Origin: Candidatus Dormiibacterota bacterium
GTDB taxonomy: Bacteria > Chloroflexota > Dormibacteria > Dormibacterales > Dormibacteraceae
Length of the DNA stretch: 64,000 nt
Reading direction: 5' to 3'
NCBI GenBank assembly: GCA_036380475.1
Contig: DASVEP010000147.1
Coordinates: forward strand, 10 to 64,009
The notes beneath the pieces are model-generated. The model did not search any database, had not been told where the DNA came from, and saw only the letters and a list, made by a program, of their open reading frames with translations. The translations under genes were made by a program, and so were the position numbers. How positions within the stretch are numbered: the first letter of the stretch is position 1; every line of letters begins with the position of its first letter. Below are positions 19,746 through 28,323 of the stretch, piece after piece.

Positions 19746-20588
19746 ATGCCGCGATCGATGTGGAAGGGAGTCGTTTCGTTCGGGATGGTCTCGATCCCAA
19801 TCCGCCTTTACAACGCCACCGAATCAAGCGCCAAGGTCTCGTTTCGACAGCTTTGCCCCGAGCATCGATCGCCGATCAGCTACAGGCGGTGGTGCGCGGA
19901 GGGTGACCACGAAGTCCAGTACGGGGAGATCCTCAAGGGCTTCGAGGTTGGCAAGGACCGCTACGTGATCATCGACGAGAAGGACCTGGACAACATCCCG
20001 CTGGCGACCGCGCACAGCATCGACATCGCCGAGTTCGTCCCCAGGGACGACATCGAGCCTGGCCTCTACTACAACAGCGCCTACTACGTCGAGCCGGAGG
20101 AGCTCGGAAAGAAGCCGTACCACCTGATGCGCAAGGCTCTCGAAGCGACCAACAGGATGGCGGTGGCGAAGATCGCGCTGCGCGACCGGGAGCGCCTCTG
20201 CGCACTTCACCCGATCGGGAATGCGCTCCTCATGAACACGCTTCACTGGCCTGACGAGGTTCGGTCCTCGGAGGGGCTGAAGGGACTCGAAGGCGAGGTC
20301 AAGATCAACCCCAAGGAGCTAGAGATGGCCAAGGCCTTGATCGAGAGCCTGGCCGACTCGTTCGACCCAAGCCGCTACAAGGACGAATACCGCGAGGCCG
20401 TCATGAAGGTCGTCCAGGCGAAGATCGAGGGAGAGGTGATCGAGGCGCCGGAGACGCCGCAGCCTGCCAAGGTCATGGACCTCATGGAGGCGCTGAGGGC
20501 GTCGGTCGACGCGGCCAAGAAGCAGCGAGCGACCCGCGAGAAGGCCCAACCGGCCGAAGCCAAGAAGGCGCGCCGAAAAGCCTCTTAG
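19746..20588 (+). CDS. ku: Non-homologous end joining protein Ku
   Basis: MPRSMWKGVVSFGMVSIPIRLYNAT canonical bacterial Ku N-terminus, with a basic C-terminal tail. Confidence 0.95.
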   Translation: MPRSMWKGVVSFGMVSIPIRLYNATESSAKVSFRQLCPEHRSPISYRRWCAEGDHEVQYGEILKGFEVGKDRYVIIDEKDLDNIPLATAHSIDIAEFVPRDDIEPGLYYNSAYYVEPEELGKKPYHLMRKALEATNRMAVAKIALRDRERLCALHPIGNALLMNTLHWPDEVRSSEGLKGLEGEVKINPKELEMAKALIESLADSFDPSRYKDEYREAVMKVVQAKIEGEVIEAPETPQPAKVMDLMEALRASVDAAKKQRATREKAQPAEAKKARRKAS

Positions 20589-20599
20589 CGGTCCGTAGT

Positions 20600-20605
20600 T
20601 AATCT
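20600..20605 (+). promoter_or_regulatory. -10-like TAATCT 6 nt upstream of the ligD ATG
   Basis: Read directly in the 23-nt ku-ligD spacer. The predicted TSS coincides with the A of the ATG. Confidence 0.35.
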
Positions 20606-20611
20606 GGAGCC

Positions 20612-21640
20612 ATGGATTCGAACCAGCTCCAGATCGAGCTGGAGAGCTTTCCGACCGAGCTGCGCCCGATGCAGGCGGCTTCGGCCGAGGCTCCGTTCAG
20701 CTCACCCGAGTACCTCTTCGAGGTCAAGTGGGATGGGCTGCGCTGCATGCTGTTTCGCGACCCGGAAGGGAAGGTCCACCTGCAGGACCGCGGCCTCAAC
20801 GACCTGACCGCGGACCTGCCTGAGGTGACGGCGGCGGCCGCGAGGGTTCCGCCGGGCAGCGTGATCGACGGCGAGCTCGTCGCAACCGACCAGGAGGGTC
20901 GTCCGGACTACACGCGCCTGCGCGAGCGGCTCGCCGGCGGCGCGGCCCGCAAGGATGAGATCCCGGTCGCGTATCTCGCATTCGACGCTCTCTATCTCGA
21001 CGCGAAGCCCCTGGTGCGCCAGCCTTTGGAGCGACGGCGCACGCGCCTGCGCAAGGCGGTCGAGGCCGGTGGCCACATATTCGTGCCCGACCACATCGAG
21101 GAGGATGGCGTCGAGCTGTTCGAGGCCTGCCTCGAGCGCGGCCTCGAGGGCGTGGTGGCAAAGCACAGCCAGAGCCCCTACGTCCCGGGCCAGCGGAGTC
21201 CGTTCTGGCTCAAGGTCAAGGCAGTCAAGTCGGACGACTTCGTCGTCATCGGATGGACCGGGCTCAAGCCGTTCGAGGCGCTTCTTGTCGGCTATCACGA
21301 GGATGGACGCCTGCTGCCGTGCGGCACCGTCGGCGGCGGGTACGACCGAATTGCGACAGAGACGATCGCGGTGATGCTGGCGGACCTCGCGACCCAACAG
21401 TCGGCACTCGACCCGGTGCCGATCATGACCAAGCCGGTTCATTGGGTGCGGCCGGAGCTCGTTGTCAGCGTCCGCTACTCGGAATGGTCACCCGACGGCA
21501 CGCTGAGGTTTCCGATCTTCAACGGGCTGCGGCCAGAGGTGCACCCCGCCGAGGCGGTGAGGCACCGGCCGCGCGTCGTGATCTCAGGACACGTCACACC
21601 TGACTCGCCCGCTTACCACCTGACCCGTTTCCCTTTCTGA
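20612..21640 (+). CDS. ligD: ATP-dependent DNA ligase, LigD ligase domain only (no polymerase or phosphoesterase domain)
   Basis: Motif I EVKWDGLRC, later EGVVAKHSQSPY and WLKVK motifs, OB-fold C-terminus. 342 aa. Confidence 0.9.
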   Translation: MDSNQLQIELESFPTELRPMQAASAEAPFSSPEYLFEVKWDGLRCMLFRDPEGKVHLQDRGLNDLTADLPEVTAAAARVPPGSVIDGELVATDQEGRPDYTRLRERLAGGAARKDEIPVAYLAFDALYLDAKPLVRQPLERRRTRLRKAVEAGGHIFVPDHIEEDGVELFEACLERGLEGVVAKHSQSPYVPGQRSPFWLKVKAVKSDDFVVIGWTGLKPFEALLVGYHEDGRLLPCGTVGGGYDRIATETIAVMLADLATQQSALDPVPIMTKPVHWVRPELVVSVRYSEWSPDGTLRFPIFNGLRPEVHPAEAVRHRPRVVISGHVTPDSPAYHLTRFPF

Positions 21641-22557
21641 TGCCAGGAGATCTGGACGCTGTCACAGGCGCGTTCAGCTACACAGGCGGGTTCATCGCCC
21701 GTCGTCTGCTCGCCGAAGGCCGGCGTGTGCGCACGCTCACCAACCATCCGCAGCGACCCGGGGCCGAGGGGCTCGAGGTTGAGGTCGCTCCACTTCAATT
21801 CGAAGACCGCGACGCGCTGAGCTCGAACCTCCGTGGCGTCGACGTTCTGTACAACACGTACTGGATCCGCTTTCCTCACTCGAACATCGGATTCAGCGAC
21901 GCGATCGCCAACACCCGGACACTGTTGAGCGCCGCCGCAACGGCAGGCGTGCGCAAGGTAGTCCACATCAGCGTCAGCAACCCCGCCGAAGACTCGCCGC
22001 TCGACTACTTCGCGGGCAAGGCGCGCACCGAGGCGATCGTGCGCGAGTCTGGATTGGCGTGGTCGGTCGTGAGGCCGACATTGATATTCGGCACGGGCGA
22101 CATCCTCATCAATAACATCGCCTGGCTGCTGCGGCATATGCCGCTCTTCTTTGTCCCTGGCGATGGCGCGTATCGCGTGCAGCCTGTTGCAGGCGAAGAC
22201 GTGGCGGCGATCGCGGTTTGGGCGGCAGCACAACCAGACGGCTTGACCGTGGATGCGGCCGGCCCTGACACCATCTCGTATGCCGAGCTTGTCGACAGCA
22301 TCGCCATCGCCATCCACCACACGCGCCGAATCGTCTTCACGCCTCGGGGGCTGACGCTTTTGGCTGCACGCGTTCTGGGCGGATACGTGAAGGACGTGAT
22401 CCTCACACCCCAGGAGCTGGCCGGCCTCATGGACGAGCTGCTGGTCTCCAAGGAACCGCCGCGCGGTCGCACGCGAATCGACGACTGGCTGCTTCGCAAC
22501 GCCGATGGTCTCGGAATGAGCTACGCCTCGGAGCTCGATCGCCACTTCCGCCGATAG
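21640..22557 (+). CDS. NAD(P)-binding Rossmann protein (NmrA / SDR-epimerase-like)
   Basis: N-terminal VTGAFSYTGGFIARRLL glycine-rich dinucleotide motif. The ATG overlaps the ligD TGA by 1 nt. Confidence 0.7.
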   Translation: MPGDLDAVTGAFSYTGGFIARRLLAEGRRVRTLTNHPQRPGAEGLEVEVAPLQFEDRDALSSNLRGVDVLYNTYWIRFPHSNIGFSDAIANTRTLLSAAATAGVRKVVHISVSNPAEDSPLDYFAGKARTEAIVRESGLAWSVVRPTLIFGTGDILINNIAWLLRHMPLFFVPGDGAYRVQPVAGEDVAAIAVWAAAQPDGLTVDAAGPDTISYAELVDSIAIAIHHTRRIVFTPRGLTLLAARVLGGYVKDVILTPQELAGLMDELLVSKEPPRGRTRIDDWLLRNADGLGMSYASELDRHFRR

Positions 22558-22584
22558 CGCGGCTGATCCGATCCCCTGCCCCTG

Positions 22585-22590
22585 TACCCT
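22585..22590 (+). promoter_or_regulatory. -10-like TACCCT 9 nt upstream of the ATG at 22600
   Basis: TANNNT hexamer read directly. This is the weakest of the series. Confidence 0.25.
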
Positions 22591-22599
22591 GCCCATGGG

Positions 22600-23400
22600 A
22601 TGACGGCAGCCTTCGACCATAACGCCCCGGCCGTCGAAGCACGCCGGCTCGTCAAACGCTACGGCGCGCTGGTGGCTGTCGACGGCGTCAGCTTTCAGGC
22701 TATGCGCGGCGAGGTCTTCGGGTTCCTCGGCTCAAACGGCGCTGGTAAGACGACCACGCTGCGGATATTGTGCGGTCTTCTCAAGCCGACCTCCGGCAGT
22801 GCCCTGATCGATGGGATCGACATCGTCGCCGAGCCTCTCGCCGCCAAAGCAAGGCTCGGGTACCTGGACGAAGAGCCATTCGTCCATCCGCACCTGACGG
22901 GCCGCGAGTTCCTCCACTTCGTCGCCGATCTCTACCGGATGCCGCGTGGGGCGCAACGCGAGGAGAGGATGGCCAGGCTCCTCAGCCTCTTCGACCTGGC
23001 GGCAAAGGACGGCGAGCTGATCGGCAGCTACAGCCACGGGATGCGGCAGAAGATCGGTCTTGCATCGCTGCTCATCCGTGAGCCCGCGGTGCTGCTTTTG
23101 GATGAGCCCACCAACGGGCTCGATCCGCGTTCGGCCCGACTGGTCAAGGACCTGCTCGAAGAGCTCGCCGCGCGCGGGACAACGGTGCTTCTCTCGACGC
23201 ATATCCTCGAGGTGGCTCAGGCGCTGTGCAGGCGGGTGGCGATCATCGACCGGGGGCGCATTGTCGCGGTTGGCACCATGGAGGAGCTCCGTGTGCAGGC
23301 AGGAAGTGCCGGCGCCAACCTCGAAGACCTGTTCCTCCAGCTGACCGCAGGCCCCGAGTCGCGCGAAATGATCGACCGGCTGCTCGCCGCAAGCTCGTGA
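22600..23400 (+). CDS. ABC transporter ATP-binding protein
   Basis: Walker A GSNGAGKTT, signature YSHGMRQKI, Walker B LLLLDEPTNGLD. Confidence 0.9.
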   Translation: MTAAFDHNAPAVEARRLVKRYGALVAVDGVSFQAMRGEVFGFLGSNGAGKTTTLRILCGLLKPTSGSALIDGIDIVAEPLAAKARLGYLDEEPFVHPHLTGREFLHFVADLYRMPRGAQREERMARLLSLFDLAAKDGELIGSYSHGMRQKIGLASLLIREPAVLLLDEPTNGLDPRSARLVKDLLEELAARGTTVLLSTHILEVAQALCRRVAIIDRGRIVAVGTMEELRVQAGSAGANLEDLFLQLTAGPESREMIDRLLAASS

Positions 23401-25064
23401 GCGCTCCGAGCCTGCTCGGCGTGATCGTGCGCTCGGAGCTTCGCGCGTTTCGCAATCGGCTCTTGAAGCGCAATGCGGTCGGTCTTGCGGCGATCGGGAT
23501 CCTCTTGCTGTTCGCGGGCGGCCCCATCCTCGGCGGTGCCTTTGCCGTTGGCGCCGCGGCGGGCCATTTCCTGACCCTCGCGACCGACTCGTTGCTTGCG
23601 GCGGCCTTCACAGGCCTGTCCATCTTGATGCTGTTGATCGGCTTTCCGACCGTGATCGCGACGCTGTTCGTCGGCCGAGACCTCCTGCAGCTTGTCGTCG
23701 CTCCCGTGCACACCAGAGACATCTTTGTCGCACGGTTGCTGGTCGCGATGGCCGCAAACCTGCTCATCAGCTCGATCGTGATCTCGGGGGTCCTTGGGAT
23801 CGGGGCCGGCTCTGGCGCGCCGTGGGTGTTTTTCCCAATGGCGGTGATCCTGCTCGCCGCACAGGTGATCGTCATCACGACGCTGCAGGCGATCTTGATG
23901 GCCATGATCCTGCGCTGGGTACCGGCACGGCTGGCCCGAGACGTTGCGGCTGGAGTGGCTGGTCTGACCGGAGCGGCCCTCTACCTCGCGTGGAACTTGA
24001 GCCTCCGGCAGACGTTCACACGGAGGGCTCCACCCGACGTATCGATTTTGAGGTCGCTTGCCCAGCGGATCGATTGGCTGCCGACGACCTGGCCCGGCCA
24101 CGCGCTTAGCTCCACCGTCGACGGGAGCATCGGCAGCGCGCTCGTTTGGTCGCTCGCGACGATCCTTCTCGCTGCCGTCCTTTTCGTCATCGCGGCGCTG
24201 CTTTACGAGCGGACGCTTCTGTCTGGGCTCGGGATCTTCGGCGACGCCACAGGCGTCTGGCGGCGACGAGGCCAGCGCGCCGCGACGCCGAGCGCAGCCG
24301 GCGGAACCGGCTCGCCTTTTCTCGCCATCGCCCGGAAGGACTGGCTCGGATTCCGGCGCGACGTGCGCCGCCTGACCAGGCTCCTCCCTGCTTTGCTGCT
24401 GCCGCTTGGTTACGCCGTCGCGTTGAGCCAGCCCGGCCGGAGTCTCACGGGCTTCTGGTCGAACGTGGCTCTGGTCACGTTCCTCGCGATGTTCATGTCT
24501 TCGGCGCTTGCCTCTCCATCCGTGCCGAGCGAAAGGCGGGGCTTCCAGCTCCTGAGGATGGCACCGTTTCCCATGTGGCAGCTTCTGCGCGCGAAAGTGT
24601 TCATCGCGCTGCCGCCGGTGATGGCGATGATGATCGTTTTCGTCGTTGTGGTCGACATCGCGAGCAAGAGCGGCGCCGGTCAGCTGTTGGGGCTTGTCAT
24701 GTTCGGGACATGGCTGGCCGCGGGGTTTGTCTCCATCTCGGTTTCCGGAGGAGCGATCGATCCTCGCTTCGAAGCCACCGATGACCGCCGGTCGGTCGGA
24801 ATCATCGGCACGCTCACGGCGATCGGTGGCTCGCTTGGATTTGCGGTGATGAGCGTGGGTGCGCTGGCTCTGTTCTTCTTTGGCGACCAGGCTGTAACTG
24901 GAACGGCGAACTTCGGTCCGATCCCTTCCACCCCTGCGATTGGCATCGCCATGATGGTGATCGGATTGCTGCTGCTGGTCGCCGGTGGGATCCTGGTCGG
25001 AATCCTGCTCGTACTCGCGAACAGCCGGCTGCGTTCGTTCGAGGCCGCAATCTCCGCGACCTAG
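23397..25064 (+). CDS. Polytopic membrane protein, putative ABC exporter permease partner
   Basis: Start taken at GTG 23397 (GTGA overlap with the ATPase stop). The upstream part of the 612-aa ORF overlaps the ATPase gene out of frame. The protein is hydrophobic throughout. Confidence 0.7.
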   Translation: MSAPSLLGVIVRSELRAFRNRLLKRNAVGLAAIGILLLFAGGPILGGAFAVGAAAGHFLTLATDSLLAAAFTGLSILMLLIGFPTVIATLFVGRDLLQLVVAPVHTRDIFVARLLVAMAANLLISSIVISGVLGIGAGSGAPWVFFPMAVILLAAQVIVITTLQAILMAMILRWVPARLARDVAAGVAGLTGAALYLAWNLSLRQTFTRRAPPDVSILRSLAQRIDWLPTTWPGHALSSTVDGSIGSALVWSLATILLAAVLFVIAALLYERTLLSGLGIFGDATGVWRRRGQRAATPSAAGGTGSPFLAIARKDWLGFRRDVRRLTRLLPALLLPLGYAVALSQPGRSLTGFWSNVALVTFLAMFMSSALASPSVPSERRGFQLLRMAPFPMWQLLRAKVFIALPPVMAMMIVFVVVVDIASKSGAGQLLGLVMFGTWLAAGFVSISVSGGAIDPRFEATDDRRSVGIIGTLTAIGGSLGFAVMSVGALALFFFGDQAVTGTANFGPIPSTPAIGIAMMVIGLLLLVAGGILVGILLVLANSRLRSFEAAISAT

Positions 25065-25438
25065 CCGAACGGATCCTCGATGACCTCGCCCTCGAATCCC
25101 CCCTCAGGCTTGCTCAACAGGCCGACGATCGCATAGCGGATCGGTCCTTTCCATCCCGCAAGCAGCCGGTACTCCGATGCGGCCGCCGCAAGCGCACGAC
25201 GCTTCCGCGCTCCGACCGCCTCAGCAGGCGTCCCAAACGCTTCGGAAGTCCTCGTTTTCACCTCCACGATCACCAGCTCCTGGCCACGACGGCACACGAG
25301 GTCGATCTCACCGCGCCGGGCCGTGAAGCCGGATCCGACCACCTCGTAGCCTCGCCTCTTCAGCAGCTCCGCCGCAGCCCTCTCGCCGGCGCGGCCAAGC
25401 TCTGCGGTTAGTTGGCGGCGAACTCTCGGAACGGCGCC
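25061..25438 (-). CDS. yraN: YraN family (UPF0102) endonuclease-like protein
   Basis: GERAAAELLKRRGYEVVG..RRGEIDLVCRRGQELVIVEVKTR core. GTG 25438 is the only canonical start before the core. It overlaps the rnhB end by 31 nt. Confidence 0.7.
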   Translation of the reverse strand, partial: GAVPRVRRQLTAELGRAGERAAAELLKRRGYEVVGSGFTARRGEIDLVCRRGQELVIVEVKTRTSEAFGTPAEAVGARKRRALAAAASEYRLLAGWKGPIRYAIVGLLSKPEGGFEGEVIEDPFG

Positions 25439-26025
25439 CACGACGTGCGGTGAATCGGGCTGGGCCCGAGGCGGCGGATTGCGGCCCGATGCTCCGGGGT
25501 GGCGTAGCCCTTGTGGAACGCGAAGCCGTAGCCGGGGTAGATGCGGTCGTACTCGACCATTGCCCTGTCCCTCGCCACCTTGGCGACGATGCTGGCGGCC
25601 ATGATCGAGGCGCACGTCCGGTCGCCCCTCACGACAGCCATCTGCGGCAACGGGGCCTCTGGCACATCCCAGGCGTCGACGAGCAGATACTCGGCCGGAA
25701 CCTGGAGGCCAGCGACCGCGCCGGCGGTCGCGAGGTGGCGCGCCCGTATGAGTCCAAGCGAGTCGACCTGCGCATGGTCCACGGCGCACACCGAAACCGC
25801 GATGGCGCGCCGCCGGATGATGCGGTCGAGGCGCTCGCGCTCATCCGCGGTGAGCAGCTTGGAGTCATCGAGGCCCGGGATCCGGGTGCCGATTGGGAGC
25901 ACGACAGCCCCGCCCACCACGGGCCCCGCCAGCGGGCCCATGCCGACCTCGTCGACCCCAGCGACCACGGTGTACCCCATGGCCCCCGCCATGCGCTCGT
26001 ACTTCCACAGCATCGGTCGGGTCAA
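25408..26025 (-). CDS. rnhB: Ribonuclease HII
   Basis: VAGVDEVGMGPLAGPVVGGAVV active-site motif and ..SIVAKV.RD... The exact start is uncertain (TTG 26025 or a downstream ATG). Confidence 0.88.
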   Translation of the reverse strand: MTRPMLWKYERMAGAMGYTVVAGVDEVGMGPLAGPVVGGAVVLPIGTRIPGLDDSKLLTADERERLDRIIRRRAIAVSVCAVDHAQVDSLGLIRARHLATAGAVAGLQVPAEYLLVDAWDVPEAPLPQMAVVRGDRTCASIMAASIVAKVARDRAMVEYDRIYPGYGFAFHKGYATPEHRAAIRRLGPSPIHRTSWAPFREFAAN

Positions 26026-26101
26026 GGCGCGAAGCCCAGGTTCGTCATGAGCGGAGATTACCGACGAGGGACATCAGACACCAGCGCCCCTTAACAAGGG
26101 G

Positions 26102-26509
26102 CTACTCCTCGGCTTCCTCCTCCTCGGTTTCTGCTGCCTCGGGTGCGCTCTCGGTCCCGCGCGTGAGGCTCCTCCGCTCGCGGATGCGAGCCTCCTTGCC
26201 CACCTTTCCACGCAGGTAGTACAGCCTGCCCTGGCGGACGTCGCCATGGCGCAGGACATCGATCTTGTCGATTCGCGGCGAGTGGATGAGGAAGGTGCGC
26301 TCGACGCCGACACCGTGGGTTACACGACGGACCGTGAAGTTCTGTCGCAAACCCCCGCCGGTCACGCGGATGACCGTGCCTTCGAACACCTGGATGCGTT
26401 CTCGAGTGCCTTCGACGACCTTGGCGTGCACCTTGACCGTGTCGCCCGCGCGCAGCGCCGGGACCTTCTCCTTCTCCTGCTCCTTCTCGAGCTGGTGGAT
26501 GACGTTCAT
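26102..26509 (-). CDS. rplS: 50S ribosomal protein L19 with acidic C-terminal tail
   Basis: [41 protein letters not shown] overlap with trmD. Confidence 0.95.
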   Translation of the reverse strand: MNVIHQLEKEQEKEKVPALRAGDTVKVHAKVVEGTRERIQVFEGTVIRVTGGGLRQNFTVRRVTHGVGVERTFLIHSPRIDKIDVLRHGDVRQGRLYYLRGKVGKEARIRERRSLTRGTESAPEAAETEEEEAEE

Positions 26510-27180
26510 GTCTTTTTCAACTCCTTGGTATGGACGGTGGATCTCTCGGCCGCCTGACGGCGGCGCCATTGGTTGATACGGGCGTGGTCACCGGAAAGGA
26601 GCACATCGGGGACCATCAAACCCCTATAGTCGGCCGGGCGTGTGAACTGCGGCCATCCGGCCGGCTCGTCTGAAAAGCTGTCCTGTGCGAGCGACGCCGG
26701 ATCCCCGACAACGCCCGGCACGAGTCTCGCCACGGCATCGATCAGCACCATCGCCGGGATCTCCCCGCCGCTGAGCACGTAGTTGCCGATCGAGATCTCG
26801 CGCGATGCAAGCTCGCTCCGGACACGATCGTCGATGCCCTCGTAGCGCCCGCACACGATGATCAACCCGGGCTCGGCTGCCAGCTGCGCGGCAAGGTCCT
26901 GGTCAAGAGGTTCACCCCAGGGCTCCAGCAGAACGACAGGACCTGCATTGTCTGCACGGATCGACTCCACCGCCTCGAACACAGGCTCCGGCTTGATCAC
27001 CATGCCCGGTCCGCCCCCAAACGGCATGTCGTCAACCTGCCGATGGCGGTCGTGCGTGTAATCGCGCAGGTCGTGTGCGCGCAGCTGAATGAGCCCGCGC
27101 TCGATCCCTCGGCCCACGACCCCGTGTTCGAAGACAGGGCCGAACATCGCCGGAAAGATCGTGACGACGTCAAATCGCAT
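26506..27180 (-). CDS. trmD: tRNA (guanine37-N1)-methyltransferase
   Basis: [13 protein letters not shown]...[10 protein letters not shown]...[11 protein letters not shown]. Confidence 0.95.
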   Translation of the reverse strand: MRFDVVTIFPAMFGPVFEHGVVGRGIERGLIQLRAHDLRDYTHDRHRQVDDMPFGGGPGMVIKPEPVFEAVESIRADNAGPVVLLEPWGEPLDQDLAAQLAAEPGLIIVCGRYEGIDDRVRSELASREISIGNYVLSGGEIPAMVLIDAVARLVPGVVGDPASLAQDSFSDEPAGWPQFTRPADYRGLMVPDVLLSGDHARINQWRRRQAAERSTVHTKELKKT

Positions 27181-27189
27181 CTCTGCTGG

Positions 27190-27684
27190 CTACCTCGCGT
27201 CCTCGACGTTGACGATCCAGTCGGCCACGACGACGCGACCCGCCTCGAGGTTCACCTCGATCACGGCGTCGCGCGTGGCCGGGATGAGGTGCTCGATCTC
27301 GCCTTCGCGGCTCACCCAGACATCGTTTGCCGGGCGCTCCAGCACCTCGGCGATCGTGCCCAGGGGCTGGCCCGACCCGGTGAGCACCGGGAGTCCGACC
27401 AGCTGATGGTGGTAGTAGCGGCCTTCCCCCAGGGGACGACCAGCGTCATCTGGAACTTCGAGATACCGTCCCCGGAACAGCTCCGCCATCGTGCGGTTGT
27501 CGATGCCCCGCAGCTTGACCACGAGACCGGGCTGGCCCGCTCGGCACCACTCGACACTGCGCTCAGAACCATCGAGGACAAGCGCCGCGCCGGTGCTGAA
27601 CCGATCCTGGAAGTCTGTCAAGGGCATTACCTTGACAGCGCCTTCGAGGCCGTAAGCTCCCGCCACCTGTCCGACGCGGATCAC
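27190..27684 (-). CDS. rimM: 16S rRNA processing protein RimM
   Basis: [19 protein letters not shown]-terminus and PRC barrel C-terminus. Conserved position. Confidence 0.9.
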   Translation of the reverse strand: MIRVGQVAGAYGLEGAVKVMPLTDFQDRFSTGAALVLDGSERSVEWCRAGQPGLVVKLRGIDNRTMAELFRGRYLEVPDDAGRPLGEGRYYHHQLVGLPVLTGSGQPLGTIAEVLERPANDVWVSREGEIEHLIPATRDAVIEVNLEAGRVVVADWIVNVEDAR

Positions 27685-28088
27685 GATTGCGGCTCCCCAC
27701 CGACGTCGCGGTGCTGGCGAGGCGAACTTGGTGCCAGCGATGGATTGGCCAGGTCGACGAACACGCGCTTGCGGTCGCGTAGGGACGCGACCCTGACGAG
27801 AGTCCTGATCGCTTCTATGTTTCGGCCCGCCTTGCCGATGAAACGACCGACATCACCGTCCGCGAGCTTGACCTTGATGGCGACGGTTCCGCCACCGCGC
27901 TCAAAAGCCTCCACCAGTACCTCGTCTGGCTTCTCGGCCAGGGAACGGGCTACGTACTCGACCAGCGCGCGGTAGTCGACGCTCGGCCCTGCAGCGCCTG
28001 GAGGACCTTCACGCCGGAAGCCTCGGTTGAAGCCACCACCCCGCCGCTGGTCACGCCTTATCGGTCGACTTCTCTGCGTGTCGCTCAA
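27681..28088 (-). CDS. KH-domain RNA-binding protein (YlqC/UPF0109 family) with an RGG-rich N-terminal extension
   Basis: KH core [33 protein letters not shown] 28088 is preceded by GGGAGGGG 4 nt upstream, and there is no later canonical start before the KH fold. Confidence 0.8.
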   Translation of the reverse strand: MSDTQRSRPIRRDQRRGGGFNRGFRREGPPGAAGPSVDYRALVEYVARSLAEKPDEVLVEAFERGGGTVAIKVKLADGDVGRFIGKAGRNIEAIRTLVRVASLRDRKRVFVDLANPSLAPSSPRQHRDVGGEPQS

Positions 28089-28323
28089 GAATCCCCTCCC
28101 GCTTCAACAGGCTCCGCGCGGCTTCGCTTGGCTGAGCGCCCTGCTGGAGCCAGCGCACGACTTTATCGACATCGATCTTCACCTTTACGGGGTCCGTCAT
28201 CGGATCGTAGTACCCGAGGTGTTCGATGAATCGGCCGTCTCGCGGCGACCGCGAGTCCGCGACCACGAGGCGGTAGAAGGGGTGTTTCTTGGCCCCCATC
28301 CGCCTCAGCCTTATCTTGACCAA
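28051..28323 (-). CDS. rpsP: 30S ribosomal protein S16
   Basis: [36 protein letters not shown] start with AAGGAGG 6 nt upstream. Confidence 0.95.
   Translation of the reverse strand: MVKIRLRRMGAKKHPFYRLVVADSRSPRDGRFIEHLGYYDPMTDPVKVKIDVDKVVRWLQQGAQPSEAARSLLKREGILERHAEKSTDKA

Noticed and set aside
15335-25064. Calling the accessory block a prophage, ICE or genomic island (mobile_element).
   Set aside because: I could see no integrase, transposase, tRNA target, phage genes or flanking direct repeats. It is reported only as a synteny break.
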